Assembly (NCBI GenBank): GCA_039208735.1
Contig: JBCCQY010000002.1
Span: 111,429 to 175,428, forward strand
Source of the DNA: Myxococcota bacterium
Lineage (GTDB): Bacteria > Myxococcota_A > UBA796 > GCA-2862545
Direction: 5' to 3'
DNA: 64,000 bases
The notes under the pieces are model-generated. The model searched no databases. It worked only from the letters and a program-made list of their open reading frames with translations, and was not told the origin of the DNA. A program made the translations under genes and the position numbers. Numbering within the stretch: the stretch's first letter is position 1; each line of letters opens with the position of its first letter. Shown here piece by piece: positions 30,404 through 41,150 of this stretch.

Positions 30404-31915
30404 ATGAGCCACCTTCTCGACGCCGCTTTGGCCGCCGGACGCGGCAACGCCGTCGCCCTCACGACGCAGGACGACGTTTCCCTCACCTACCAACAGCTCA
30501 AGAACGCAGCCGTGAACGTGGCCTCAGGCCTCCGAGGGCTGGGGATTCGGCGCGGCGAACGGATCGTGCTCGTCCTCGACGACACGCCCTCGTTCTACGC
30601 GACCTTCCTGGGTGCCATGCACCTCGGTGCGGTGCCGATCCCCGCGAATTTCCTCTCACGCGCCGAAGATCTCGCCTACTTCCTCGATGATGCTTACGCC
30701 GTAGCCATGGTGGTCGATGGGCCCTTTGTCGAGAAGGTGGCCCCCATCCTCGCAGCGCGGCCCTCGGTTCGTCCCATTGTGGCGAATGCCCCTGCACCCC
30801 GAGGCGCCGCCTCCCTCGACGCCTGGCTAAGCGCCCCCACGCCAACCCTGCCCGCAGTGACGATCCACCCCGATGATCCAGCATTCTGGCTCTACAGTTC
30901 GGGATCCACAGGGCGGCCCAAAGGCGTGGTGCATCGGTACGCGAGCCTGAAGGCGACCGCGGAGCACTACGCCAAAGGGGTGCTCGGGATGGGCCCCGGT
31001 GACGTGATCTACTCGACGACTCCGCTCTTTCACGCCTACGGACTCGGCAATAGCCTGACCTTTCCCTTGTCGGTGGGGGCGCGGGTGATCCTGTCCACGG
31101 GCCGCCCCGACCCACACAAAATCCTCGATCGGGTGCGAAAGCATCTGCCGACCCTCTATTTCTCGGTACCTGCACTCTACGCGGCGCTGCTCGCGACGCC
31201 CGAGACCGCGACCGTCGATTGGTCGCGCGTGCGCCACGGGGTCAGCGCGGCCGAGGCGCTTCCCCCGGACGTCGGGCGGCAGTTCCAGGCCCAAACGGGT
31301 GTCACGATCCTGGATGGCATCGGGTCGACCGAGATGCTGCACATCTACTGTTCAAACCGTGCAGGGGAGGTGCGGTTCGGAACCTCGGGCACGCCCGTCG
31401 AGGGGTATGAGCTGGCCATTCGCGACCCCGATGGGGCGGTCTGTCCACAAGGCGAAAGCGGTGAGCTCTGGGTGAGAGGGCCGAGTAGCCTGATGCAGTA
31501 TTGGCACCTCGTCGATCGCACACGGGCCAAGCTCGTCGGCGACTGGTTGGCCTCGGGTGACCGGTACCACGTCGACGAAGCAGGCTGCTATGTCTACGAG
31601 GGTCGTGTGGACGACATGATGAAGATTGGCGGCCTGTGGGTGTCTCCGATCGACATTGAGAATCGCCTCATCGAGCACCCCGCAGTCCACGAGGCGGCCG
31701 TGGTTCGGGTGATGGTGGAAGAACGGAGCCGAATCGCGGCACACGTCATTCTCAGTGAGGGCCACACCGGCTCGGAAGGACTGGTGAGCGAACTCCAGAC
31801 CTTCTGTAAGGAGGCGCTGCAACGCTACCAGTTCCCCCACGTCGTGCACTTCGTCGATGACTTTCCCCGAACTGCGACCGGCAAAATCCAGCGCTTTAAA
31901 CTCCGCGACCGTTGA
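30404..31915 (+). CDS. Benzoate-CoA ligase family AMP-binding enzyme
   Basis: FWLYSSGSTGRPKGVVH, FHAYGLGN, DGIGSTEMLHI, GRVDDMMKIGG, PRTATGKIQRFKLR. Confidence 0.93.
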   Translation: MSHLLDAALAAGRGNAVALTTQDDVSLTYQQLKNAAVNVASGLRGLGIRRGERIVLVLDDTPSFYATFLGAMHLGAVPIPANFLSRAEDLAYFLDDAYAVAMVVDGPFVEKVAPILAARPSVRPIVANAPAPRGAASLDAWLSAPTPTLPAVTIHPDDPAFWLYSSGSTGRPKGVVHRYASLKATAEHYAKGVLGMGPGDVIYSTTPLFHAYGLGNSLTFPLSVGARVILSTGRPDPHKILDRVRKHLPTLYFSVPALYAALLATPETATVDWSRVRHGVSAAEALPPDVGRQFQAQTGVTILDGIGSTEMLHIYCSNRAGEVRFGTSGTPVEGYELAIRDPDGAVCPQGESGELWVRGPSSLMQYWHLVDRTRAKLVGDWLASGDRYHVDEAGCYVYEGRVDDMMKIGGLWVSPIDIENRLIEHPAVHEAAVVRVMVEERSRIAAHVILSEGHTGSEGLVSELQTFCKEALQRYQFPHVVHFVDDFPRTATGKIQRFKLRDR

Positions 31916-31991
31916 TCCCCTACGCATTCTTCCTTGGGCACGATGACGGGAGCGGTTACCCCGCGCATCCCTCACAGATGAACCGAGTGGA

Positions 31992-33239
31992 ATGGAAGCC
32001 ACAGAACTCCGAACCGCCGCAGAACAAGCGGCTCGCCGAGAGGCCCTTCAGGTCCTGCGCATCGTCGCTCCCGTGGTGTCCATCTGTCTGGCGCTCGAGG
32101 GACTGTCGCACATCATCGAAACGCCGGAAAGCACCCACCTCATCGCCTTTCCCTTTGTCGCGTCGGTGGTCCTTGCCGCCATCGGACTGTGGGCAGTGCG
32201 CCAAAGTGAGCCCATCGCCTCGGCCTGGCTTTTGATTCCCTGGGGGTTCGTCTTTGCTTCGAACGTCCAACACGTGTACGGCGGGGCCCCGACGGGAGCC
32301 GTGCTTTTCATGTGTGTCGGGCTGTTGGGCCTCGCCGCACTCGTGCTTTCGCCCGGACCCCTCCTCGTCGCAGGCTTCATCAGCGTTTTGGGCATCACGT
32401 GGGCTAGCTACGTCGCATTCGATCGGTTGTTCTGGGTTTACCCGGCCATCGTGGTCCCTATGGCCGGGGTCGTGAGCTGGTCTCGGCGACGAGCGGTCTT
32501 CGAAGCAGAGCACCGGCGCATCGTCGAAGAACGCTTGGCCATCGAACGTGCACGCCTCGAGAGCCTTCGGCGCACGCAGACGTTGGCGGCGGGGCTCGCG
32601 CATCACTTCAACAACCTCCTGGCTGTGATCGTGGGCAACACCGAGCTGCTCGCGGAAGACGGAGCGCCAAACCAGGGCGACGAACTCAGCGACATCATTG
32701 CGGCCGGCCGCCAGGCTGCGTTGATCGTGGAAGACATCTTGGCCTACTCCGGCCACGCCCCACTCCACGAGCGCGTTCAGCTCAACGCGGCGGCCCTGCT
32801 CGACCAAACGCTGGTCCGCGTCGAACCCGTGGCTCGGGTGGTCGTCACCCGAACCCAACCCCTACCCGCCATCACCTGTGAGCTGGAGCCCCTCACCAAG
32901 GCGCTCGCCCACATTGTCCAGAACGCGCTCGATGCGACTTCCGAAGCGGCAGTTCAGGTGGCCATGCAAGCGACCACCAGTCGGCTCATCGTCGAGGTGT
33001 CCGACCAGGGGCCCGGCGTTCCCGAAGCCGCGCAACCTCACGTGTTTGACCCGTTCTTCACCACCCGCGGACCCAAGCGAACAGGATTGGGCCTTGCCTT
33101 CGCGAAGGGGGTCATCGAAGGCCACGGCGGAACCATCGCCCTGACCAGCCAGGAAGGCCGGGGCACCCAAGTTCGCGTGGTTCTACCGCTGACCTACAAA
33201 AGACCAAAGGCCGCGCCAGCAACCCCGGCGAGCAGGTAG
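31992..33239 (+). CDS. Membrane sensor histidine kinase
   Basis: About 5-6 TM segments, H-box GLAHHFNNLL, NALDA, DQGPG, FDPFFTT, GLGL. Confidence 0.9.
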   Translation: MEATELRTAAEQAARREALQVLRIVAPVVSICLALEGLSHIIETPESTHLIAFPFVASVVLAAIGLWAVRQSEPIASAWLLIPWGFVFASNVQHVYGGAPTGAVLFMCVGLLGLAALVLSPGPLLVAGFISVLGITWASYVAFDRLFWVYPAIVVPMAGVVSWSRRRAVFEAEHRRIVEERLAIERARLESLRRTQTLAAGLAHHFNNLLAVIVGNTELLAEDGAPNQGDELSDIIAAGRQAALIVEDILAYSGHAPLHERVQLNAAALLDQTLVRVEPVARVVVTRTQPLPAITCELEPLTKALAHIVQNALDATSEAAVQVAMQATTSRLIVEVSDQGPGVPEAAQPHVFDPFFTTRGPKRTGLGLAFAKGVIEGHGGTIALTSQEGRGTQVRVVLPLTYKRPKAAPATPASR

Positions 33240-33631
33240 ACGATCACGAGGTAGCCTGGCACGGTGGCGATCAGCACGGCCAACCGAATCCCCCGGCCCA
33301 AACGGGACCCCATCAGGATGGGATGGCCGATGCGCGCCACGAGGTAGACGCCGCCGGCCACGGAAGCGGACAAAGGGCTCACGAACACCGCGTGCAGCCA
33401 CATGAGCAACAAGAACGGCGGCATGTGCTCGAGCATGTTGAGCTGGGTTCGGTCGGCGGCCAGCATGAAGCGGTCCTGACCGAAGTAGCGGTCGAACTTC
33501 TCTCCACGTCCCGCATATTCGCGCCGCAGGCGCGACTTGACCCGGTTGATGCGGATCTGAAACAGGTAGTAGAGAAGGATGTAAGCCCCGGTCACGAGAA
33601 TGGGGCCCTGATAGGGTGTGGCATCGATCAT
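33194..33631 (-). CDS. MAPEG family membrane protein
   Basis: DRTQLNMLEHMPPF...YLVARIGHP. Confidence 0.82.
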   Translation of the reverse strand: MIDATPYQGPILVTGAYILLYYLFQIRINRVKSRLRREYAGRGEKFDRYFGQDRFMLAADRTQLNMLEHMPPFLLLMWLHAVFVSPLSASVAGGVYLVARIGHPILMGSRLGRGIRLAVLIATVPGYLVIVYLLAGVAGAAFGLL

Positions 33632-33664
33632 GGTCGTGAGTCTAAATCGAAAAGGTTGGCGTCG

Positions 33665-34297
33665 ATGACAGCGCAAATCATGGATTCGGTGATTCTCGAA
33701 GACGACCTCGAGCGTTACGCGCTCGTGGGCATCTCAGGGAAGCCGCTCTTCAAGCCCGAAGCGCACGGCCTGACGCCAGTGATGATTCACACGGCGTGCT
33801 GGCGGGGGTGGTACGTCACCTACCAGGTCACTCACGGCCAGCTGACGGTCCTCGACCTCGCGGTTGGCCTCAACGAAGCGCAAACCGCCCTGGCCGAGGC
33901 GGGTGAGGGACCGTTGCTCGAAGGCCGGGCCCCTCGAAAGGAGACCTACGAAGCCCACGTGGTGGGTAAGGAGGGGCCGCAGACGTTCGACAAGACAGAA
34001 TGGGACTACCGTAATGTCGGCCTTCCTATTCCATTTTCCGGCGGGCTGTTGCTCGGTCGGGATTTCATTCGCGAGCTGTACGTCCACATGGGTTTCCACC
34101 CGGCGTGGAAGTACGGCACGGTCATCGAGTTGCTGTTGCGCGAGGGCCACGTCGAAGATGTGCGGGACGTTTCGCTCCTGATGGCGGAACGGCGCGAGTC
34201 GGTGCGCAACGCCCCATCGCCCGACCGGCCACCGACCCGTCCTGAACTCGAGGCCTGGATCAAACGAACCTTTTCGCGAGACTACGGCCTCAACTGA
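33665..34297 (+). CDS. Conserved-looking hypothetical protein
   Basis: MTAQI, HTACWRGW, FSGGLLLG, LYVHMGFHPAWKY motifs. Coding-like codon usage. Confidence 0.75.
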   Translation: MTAQIMDSVILEDDLERYALVGISGKPLFKPEAHGLTPVMIHTACWRGWYVTYQVTHGQLTVLDLAVGLNEAQTALAEAGEGPLLEGRAPRKETYEAHVVGKEGPQTFDKTEWDYRNVGLPIPFSGGLLLGRDFIRELYVHMGFHPAWKYGTVIELLLREGHVEDVRDVSLLMAERRESVRNAPSPDRPPTRPELEAWIKRTFSRDYGLN

Positions 34298-34376
34298 CCT
34301 CGGTGCACCTCCGGATCACGTGATCACGGGGATCGAAGGGCGACTGTGATGTGGTGATGGACCACTCGGAGGAACT

Positions 34377-35345
34377 GTGCGCGCCGCCTTGATCACCGAA
34401 TTGAACGGCCCGGATGGCATTGAGGTCCGCGAGCTGCCCGACCCCCAGCCTGGCAAGGGCGAAGTCCGCATTCGCGTGGAGTCCGCCGGAGTCAACTTCC
34501 CTGACTTGTTGATGAGCCGAGGCCTCTACCAGGTCAGCCCCCCGCCGCCGTTTCCGCCGGGCGGTGAAGTGGCAGGCGTGATCGACGCGGTCGGCGAGGG
34601 CGTCGAACGGCTCGCCGTGGGCGACCGCGTAATGGGAACCATGTTCTTTGGTGGGTTCGCCACGCTCATGTGCCTGCCCGAAGTGCGGGTCACGAAGCTC
34701 CCCGAGTCGATGGACACCACAACGGCAGGAGCATTCTCGTTCACCTACGCGACGAGCTACCATGGGCTCGTCGACCGTGGCGCCCTTGCCAGGGGAGAGC
34801 GGCTCCTGGTCCTCGGGGCGGCGGGGGGCGTGGGTTTGGCCGCGGTCGAGATTGGGCGGGCGCTCGGGGCCGAGGTCGTGGCGGCGGCAAGCACCGACGA
34901 AAAGCTTGCCCTGTGTCGGGAACGCGGCGCAACCCACACGATCAACTACACCACGCAAGATCTCGGCAAGACGCTCAAGGCCATGGGTGGCGTGGATGTG
35001 GTCTATGACCCGGTGGGCGGCGACTACGCCGAGACAGCGCTGCGGCGACTTCGCCCCGATGGGCGCTTCCTCGTCATCGGCTTTGCCGCAGGCTCCATCC
35101 CCAAGATCGGACTCAACCTGCCGCTCCTCAAGGAGTGCCAAATCGTGGGGGTGGCATGGGGTGCGTGGACGATGCGACACCCTGATCGGCACGATGCCAA
35201 TCTCAAAGCCCTCTTCCACCACTTTGAGGCCGGCGAGGTGAAGCCCCATGTGTCCCATCGCTATCGTCTCGATGAGGTGCCGGACGCCCTTCGGGCCATG
35301 GATGAACGGCGGGTGCTGGGCAAGGTCGTCATCGAGCCCCAGTGA
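34377..35345 (+). CDS. NADPH:quinone oxidoreductase (zeta-crystallin/MDR family)
   Basis: GVNFPDLL, PGGEVAG, LVLGAAGGVG, VDVVYDPVGG, GKVVI. Confidence 0.93.
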   Translation: MRAALITELNGPDGIEVRELPDPQPGKGEVRIRVESAGVNFPDLLMSRGLYQVSPPPPFPPGGEVAGVIDAVGEGVERLAVGDRVMGTMFFGGFATLMCLPEVRVTKLPESMDTTTAGAFSFTYATSYHGLVDRGALARGERLLVLGAAGGVGLAAVEIGRALGAEVVAAASTDEKLALCRERGATHTINYTTQDLGKTLKAMGGVDVVYDPVGGDYAETALRRLRPDGRFLVIGFAAGSIPKIGLNLPLLKECQIVGVAWGAWTMRHPDRHDANLKALFHHFEAGEVKPHVSHRYRLDEVPDALRAMDERRVLGKVVIEPQ

Positions 35346-35389
35346 ATGCTTCGGTTTGACGAAGCATTCGTGACGAGTACCCTGGCCGC

Positions 35390-35818
35390 ATGGACCTCGA
35401 CGACACCATTGATGCGGTGCAGCGGCAGTACCCGCGCATCTGGCATGCGGCCCACCGACGCCACCCGCCCCGAGGACTCGGTGGCGATCGGCCTTCGGAG
35501 CGTGAGCACACCGTCCTGGCGCACCTTCGAATCGCGCCCACCCCAATGGGGGAACTCGCGAATCACCTCAACATTGCGGCTTCGACGTTGTCGGAAGTCA
35601 CCCATGCCCTCGAGGCACGTGGGCTCGTGCATCGGCACCGCGACCCGGCCGACCGACGGCGGATCGCGGTCGCCCTAACCGAAGCCGGTCACACGGTCGT
35701 ACGCGACACCTCGCCCCTCGACACCGACCGACTGCGCGAGGCCCTCGCCTCACTCGACCCCACCGCTCGGGCCACCGTCGTGGAGGGGCTCACCCTGCTT
35801 GCGGAGGCATTGCGATGA
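35390..35818 (+). CDS. MarR family transcriptional regulator
   Basis: ELANHLNIAASTLS...LEARGLV.R.RDPADRR..VALTEAG. Confidence 0.9.
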   Translation: MDLDDTIDAVQRQYPRIWHAAHRRHPPRGLGGDRPSEREHTVLAHLRIAPTPMGELANHLNIAASTLSEVTHALEARGLVHRHRDPADRRRIAVALTEAGHTVVRDTSPLDTDRLREALASLDPTARATVVEGLTLLAEALR

Positions 35819-36339
35819 AACGCTGGTCTTGGTTGCTCGTGGCACTGGGCGTGCCGGTCCTTGGGGGCGCCCTGTTCGTGGCCTGGGGGACCACACTGCC
35901 CGTCGAACACACCGCAGTAGCGACCACCGATGTCACCGCACCGCCCGATGTGGTCTACGATCTCATCACCGACCCCCGTCGCGGACCGGAGTGGCGCGCA
36001 GATGTGCAGCGGGTCGAAATCCAAAGCGATCGCCGCTGGATCGAACACGGCGAAGAACCTCTCATTCTGGAAGTTCGCACCGCAGACCGTCCCCGTCGCT
36101 TCACCACCGAGGTCGTCGAGCACCCGGCGTTCGGGGGAACCTGGACTTGGGAACTGCAATCCAACCCCGACGGTACCCATGTCATTCTGACCGAGGATGG
36201 TGTGGTCTACGATCCGTTCTTTCGGGCCGTAATGACGGCAATGTCTTGGGAATCGGCAAACATCGAAACCCGCCTGGCCGAACTAAACGACCATTTCGGC
36301 AAGACTCGATCTTCTGTGAACCGTGAAAAGGGTCTGTGA
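35815..36339 (+). CDS. SRPBCC/polyketide cyclase-like protein
   Basis: APPDVVYDLITD..PEWR, FGGTWTWEL, GTHVILTE. N-terminal TM segment and ATGA coupling. Confidence 0.82.
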   Translation: MKRWSWLLVALGVPVLGGALFVAWGTTLPVEHTAVATTDVTAPPDVVYDLITDPRRGPEWRADVQRVEIQSDRRWIEHGEEPLILEVRTADRPRRFTTEVVEHPAFGGTWTWELQSNPDGTHVILTEDGVVYDPFFRAVMTAMSWESANIETRLAELNDHFGKTRSSVNREKGL

Positions 36340-36395
36340 ACCGTAGATGAACGGGTATCGACCTGCTAGACTCCCCCGGCGTTGGGGGAGCATAC

Positions 36396-38204
36396 ATGCG
36401 GCACAGTTGGATCGGATGGTTGTGGATCGGGATGATGGGCTGTGCGGAGACGCTGACCGTACCCGACATCGACGGCGACGGACTCTTTGGCGATGACGAT
36501 TGCGACGAGGGCGATCCGAACCGAGGCGGCGAGGAGGTCCCTTACGACGGCATCGACAACGACTGCGACCCCGACACCCTGGACGATGACCTCGACCAGG
36601 ACGGTCTGCCCGACGAAGACGACTGCGACGATGGCGACGCGGCCAAGGGGGGAGAGGAGATTCCCTACGATGGCGTCGACAACGATTGCGACCCCTCCAC
36701 ACCCGACGACGACCTCGACGAAGACGGCTTCGACCTGGTCGACGACTGTGACGACAACGACCCGACAGTGGGCGGGCCCGAAATCCCCTACGATGGCATC
36801 GACAACGATTGCGACCCCTCCACACCCGACGACGACCTCGATGGGGACGGTCTTCTCGGCGTTGACGATTGCGATGACGAGGACGCCTACGCGGGCGGTG
36901 GCAAAGAGATCATCTACGATGGCATCGACAACGACTGCGACCCGACCACCCTCGACGACGATTTCGACGAGGACGGGTTCGGCATTGCCAACGATTGTGA
37001 TGACAACGACCCCACCGTGTTCGCCGATGCCGTGATCGCCGACCTGTTCACGGCCGACCTGCCCACCGCGTGTGACAACCGATGCACCCTTGAGGTCACC
37101 GGGGACCTGCGCGTTGAGGGGGCGCCCAACGTGGACCTCGCCACCATGCATTGCTTGGTGCGCGTCGGTGGCCAGCTCATCATCAGCGACAACCTCGTCC
37201 TCGAGAGCCTTCTCGGCCTCGAGAACCTCACTGACCTGGGCGTTCTTGAGATCCGCAACAATGCCTCGCTGGCGGGCCTCGAAGGCCTCACCGGCGTGAC
37301 GCAGCTTGCAAGCAACCTCGAGATTCGGCAGAACCCTTCCCTGCAGGGTCTTCAAGGTCTAAGCAACCTCGCTTTGGTCACGGGCGACATCCGCCTGCTC
37401 GACAACAACAGTCTGGTCAACCTCGCGGGCCTCGAAGGGCTCACCAACGTAGGCGGCGTGCTCGAGGTACGCGACAACGACAGCCTTTCGAGTGCCGGAG
37501 CCCTATCGAACCTCACCACCCTGTCGGAGTTGGTGATTCGCGATAACGCCACGCTCTTCACGCTCGATGGGCTTGCCGGACTTTCGGGGGCCATGGGTCC
37601 GTTCGACGTGTCGAACAATCCCTCGCTCAACGACATTTCGGGCCTTCGTGGCATCACGAGCTTCAACTCCTCGGCCACGTTCGATCGCAATGGAAGCCTG
37701 GCCTCGCTCGAGGGCCTGCATCGCGTCACGAGCGTGGGCGGAGACCTGTCGTTGCGCGACAATGACTCGCTGCTCGATCTCTCCGGACTCCGAGGCCTGG
37801 GATCGGTCGCCCAAGACCTAAGCCTCAATCAGAACGGCTCATTGACCTCGCTCGCCGGCCTATCGTCACTGACCTTCGTGGGAGGCGACTTCCACCTCGC
37901 CGACAGCGCGGAACTCGACAACCTGGCTGGCGCAGTTCAACTCGTGGAAGTGGCGGGAACGCTCACCATCGCGCGCAATCCCCAAATCACCACCCTCGGC
38001 GGTTTGGGGCCCCTCACCACGATTGGGAGCAACCTGGTCATTACCGAAAACCTGTTGCTTAGCGATGTGATGGGGCTCGATGGCGTCGATGTGGGCAACG
38101 ATGTGGTGATCACCGACAACCCTGCCCTCGGAGACACGGCGGCCGAAGACCTGGTGAACAACCTCAACGTAGGCGGCACCGTCACGATTGCGAACAACCA
38201 GTAA
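36396..38204 (+). CDS. Lipoprotein with DGxDNDCD metal-binding repeats and receptor-L/LRR domain
   Basis: MMGC lipobox, 4 ExxYDGxDNDCD repeats, then LxxLxGLxxLxxVGGxLxIxxN repeats. Confidence 0.88.
   Translation: MRHSWIGWLWIGMMGCAETLTVPDIDGDGLFGDDDCDEGDPNRGGEEVPYDGIDNDCDPDTLDDDLDQDGLPDEDDCDDGDAAKGGEEIPYDGVDNDCDPSTPDDDLDEDGFDLVDDCDDNDPTVGGPEIPYDGIDNDCDPSTPDDDLDGDGLLGVDDCDDEDAYAGGGKEIIYDGIDNDCDPTTLDDDFDEDGFGIANDCDDNDPTVFADAVIADLFTADLPTACDNRCTLEVTGDLRVEGAPNVDLATMHCLVRVGGQLIISDNLVLESLLGLENLTDLGVLEIRNNASLAGLEGLTGVTQLASNLEIRQNPSLQGLQGLSNLALVTGDIRLLDNNSLVNLAGLEGLTNVGGVLEVRDNDSLSSAGALSNLTTLSELVIRDNATLFTLDGLAGLSGAMGPFDVSNNPSLNDISGLRGITSFNSSATFDRNGSLASLEGLHRVTSVGGDLSLRDNDSLLDLSGLRGLGSVAQDLSLNQNGSLTSLAGLSSLTFVGGDFHLADSAELDNLAGAVQLVEVAGTLTIARNPQITTLGGLGPLTTIGSNLVITENLLLSDVMGLDGVDVGNDVVITDNPALGDTAAEDLVNNLNVGGTVTIANNQ
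36663..36841 (+). repeat. Near-identical intragenic direct repeat (56 nt, 123-nt period)
   Basis: 36663-36718 and 36786-36841 differ at one position. Confidence 0.85.
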
Positions 38205-38205
38205 T

Positions 38206-38688
38206 CTACTTTGTTCCCCCACGAGCCTTGGCCATCGCCGACTGCAGCTGGGGACACAAATCGCGGTTGTAGATGGTGATATCGGTTGTCCCTGCCTTTC
38301 GAGGGTAGGGATAGACGTTGAACCACCCGTTTGAACCAAACCGGAACTCGAACGCGATCGGCAAGTCGTGTGAACTCACAATGGCCGCGTCGTCGCGCGC
38401 CTCGAGCCGCCAGGGTCCCACCTTCCAAATCCCGGCCACGAGCTTGTAGGGCGGCTTGGTAAGCTTGGGGAGCGGCCCCGCCTCGCCCTTGGCAGATGTG
38501 CGGTCAATGCGGACGCCTTCGGCCAACCGTTCCTCTTCCATGAGGTGAGCCACCGCGGCGGTTTCTTCGAACAGGGCAACCACCGAAGCCACCTTGTCGG
38601 CTCCGAATCGGTTGGTGACGCAAAGCCCGGCCGCCACTTCATGAACACTCCAGGCGTACTCACCCGCGTGATGAATCTCGGCCCGCAT
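38206..38688 (-). CDS. Hypothetical protein
   Basis: ATG after GGAGGG and fills the gap between neighbours. No recognised motif. Confidence 0.5.
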   Translation of the reverse strand: MRAEIHHAGEYAWSVHEVAAGLCVTNRFGADKVASVVALFEETAAVAHLMEEERLAEGVRIDRTSAKGEAGPLPKLTKPPYKLVAGIWKVGPWRLEARDDAAIVSSHDLPIAFEFRFGSNGWFNVYPYPRKAGTTDITIYNRDLCPQLQSAMAKARGGTK

Positions 38689-38816
38689 TCGCCCTCCGCC
38701 TTTCGCTGAAGACAGAGAACACGGAACGGCGATGACGTCCCTCGACGTTCTGATGCACGCCGGGACGGTCTGTGGTGCCGCCATTTCCTACGGCCTCTGT
38801 GAAAATCGGAGGTCCC

Positions 38817-39938
38817 ATGATGATGTGGCTCGCGGCCACTGCGTTTGGCGCAGATCTCGTCGACACGGCCGTTCAGGATGGTCGATTCCAGACCCTGACC
38901 CAAGCCCTCGAGGCAGCCGACCTGGTGGAAACCCTGCGAGGACCAGGTCCGTTCACGGTGTTCGCCCCCACCGACGATGCCTTCGCAGCCCTTCCCCCCG
39001 ACACCCTGCCGACACTCCTCGACCCGAAGAACCGAGGCTTGCTCAATCAGATCCTGACGTTTCACGTGGCCTCGGGTCGCGCGAACGCCGAACGTGTGCA
39101 ACGCCAGGGCGGCGTGATCAGCCTTGCCGGACAGCGCATCGATGCTCAAACCTCGGCTCAGGGCCTCGTCGTAGAGGGAGCTCAGCTAGTACGGACGGAC
39201 ATCGAAACGAGCAATGGCATCATCCATGTCATCGATGCCGTGATGGTGCCGGAGTCACGCAATCTCGCCACCGTTGCGCGTGATGCGGGCAGTTTCGGCA
39301 CCCTCCTCGCGGCGGCCGAAGCGGCAGGCCTCATCGGCGTGCTGACGGGAGACGATCCGTTCACGGTGTTCGCACCCACGGACGAGGCGTTTCGAGCGTT
39401 GCCCGAGGGTACGGTCGATCGGCTGCTCCAACCCGAGAATCGCGAGGAACTTCGCCAGCTCCTGACGTACCACGTGGTTCCTGGCAATCAGTTTGCCAAC
39501 CGCATCGCCCGACAATCCGCGCTGGTCCCCGTACAAGGGTCACCGCTGCCCATCAAACCCCAAGACGGCACGCTGCGAGTGGGTCAAGCCCGGGTCATCC
39601 AGGCGGACATCGAAGCCGCCAACGGTGTGATTCACGTCATCGATGGCGTGCTCATGCCCCCTCAAGACGTCGACGCGGTGCTTGGCGTGATCGACGCGGC
39701 GATTCAGCGTGGAGCCCCCTTGTTCAATCACGGACAAACGCAGGCCTGCTACGCCATCTACGAGGTCACGGCGAAAGCCTTGCTTGCCCTTGGCGACGAT
39801 CGGCTGTCCGACCGGGCACGGCGGCGGCTCACCGAGGGCCTCGCAACGGCGGCACGCCGACACAACCCGGGCCGCGCCGCGTGGGATTTGCGGCACGCCC
39901 TCGATGAGGTCAGCGCGAGCCTTCAGCTGCAGATGTAG
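38817..39938 (+). CDS. Secreted protein with two fasciclin (FAS1) domains plus a C-terminal helical domain
   Basis: Two FTVFAPTD...IHVID repeats. C-terminal AIQRGAPLFNHG..ACYAIYE. Confidence 0.92.
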   Translation: MMMWLAATAFGADLVDTAVQDGRFQTLTQALEAADLVETLRGPGPFTVFAPTDDAFAALPPDTLPTLLDPKNRGLLNQILTFHVASGRANAERVQRQGGVISLAGQRIDAQTSAQGLVVEGAQLVRTDIETSNGIIHVIDAVMVPESRNLATVARDAGSFGTLLAAAEAAGLIGVLTGDDPFTVFAPTDEAFRALPEGTVDRLLQPENREELRQLLTYHVVPGNQFANRIARQSALVPVQGSPLPIKPQDGTLRVGQARVIQADIEAANGVIHVIDGVLMPPQDVDAVLGVIDAAIQRGAPLFNHGQTQACYAIYEVTAKALLALGDDRLSDRARRRLTEGLATAARRHNPGRAAWDLRHALDEVSASLQLQM

Positions 39939-39965
39939 AGCCCGAGTCGGGTTAAGCGCCGCCTC

Positions 39966-41150
39966 ATGACACGATTCGGAAGTCCGGGAACCGCCTCGGA
40001 AACGAAGCTACTCCTCCTCGGTTCGGGTGAACTGGGCAAGGAGGTGGCCCTCGAAGCCCAACGTCTCGGGGTGACCGTCGTGGCCTGCGATCGGTACGCC
40101 GGCGCTCCGGCCATGCAGGTCGCCCATCGCCACCACGTTTTCCCCATGACCTACGGCGACGCGCTGCGAAAGGTCATCGAACAAGAACGCCCAGACTACG
40201 TGGTGCCCGAAATCGAGGCCATTGCTACGCCCGTGCTGCAAGCCCTCGAAGCAGACGGTGTCCACGTCGTGCCCACGGCCCGAGCGGCACGGCTCACGAT
40301 GGACCGCGAGGGCATCCGCAAGCTTGCCGCCGAAACGCTTGGTCTTCGGACGTCGCCATACCGATTCGCGGGAACCGAGGACGAGTATCGGGCTGCGGTC
40401 GAAGCGATTGGGCTACCGTGCGTCGTGAAGCCCGTCATGAGTTCATCGGGCAAAGGCCAGAGCACCGTCCGCACCGCTTCGGACATCGATGCCGCGTGGC
40501 GAGGCGCCCAGTCAGGAGCCCGCGGTGGCGCAGGTCGCGTCATCGTGGAGGGGTTTGTCGACTTCGACTACGAGATCACCCTACTCACCGTGCGCCATGT
40601 GGGTGGCACCAGCTTCTGTGCTCCGATCGGGCACCGCCAGGTCGATGGCGACTACCACGAGAGCTGGCAGCCTCAGCCCATGTCCGAGGCAGCTCGCACC
40701 GAGGCCGAACGAATGGCTCGCGCCATCACCGACGACCTAGGGGGTCGCGGTCTCTTCGGCGTCGAGATGTTTGTGCATGGCGACGAGGTCTGGTTCAGCG
40801 AAGTGTCGCCACGCCCCCACGACACCGGCATGGTCACGATGATCTCCCAAGACTTAAGCGAATTTGCGCTTCACGTCCGGGCGATTCTTGGGCTGCCCAT
40901 TCCGGGCATTGTCCTGCATGGACCTTCGGCGTCGGCGGTGGTGTTGGGACAGGGCGACTCGGACGCCCCTGCGTTCGAGGTGTCCCCCGAGGCCCTCGCC
41001 GAACCCGAGACCGACCTCCGGCTCTTTGGCAAACCAAACGTCCGCGGGCATCGGCGCCTCGGCGTCGGGCTGGCCCGGGGCGCAACGATCGAGGAAGCCC
41101 GCGACAAGGCGGCTCGCGTCGCGAACGCGGTCACGGTTACGCTCGCGTAG
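39966..41150 (+). CDS. purT: Formate-dependent phosphoribosylglycinamide formyltransferase
   Basis: [61 protein letters not shown]. Confidence 0.97.
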   Translation: MTRFGSPGTASETKLLLLGSGELGKEVALEAQRLGVTVVACDRYAGAPAMQVAHRHHVFPMTYGDALRKVIEQERPDYVVPEIEAIATPVLQALEADGVHVVPTARAARLTMDREGIRKLAAETLGLRTSPYRFAGTEDEYRAAVEAIGLPCVVKPVMSSSGKGQSTVRTASDIDAAWRGAQSGARGGAGRVIVEGFVDFDYEITLLTVRHVGGTSFCAPIGHRQVDGDYHESWQPQPMSEAARTEAERMARAITDDLGGRGLFGVEMFVHGDEVWFSEVSPRPHDTGMVTMISQDLSEFALHVRAILGLPIPGIVLHGPSASAVVLGQGDSDAPAFEVSPEALAEPETDLRLFGKPNVRGHRRLGVGLARGATIEEARDKAARVANAVTVTLA

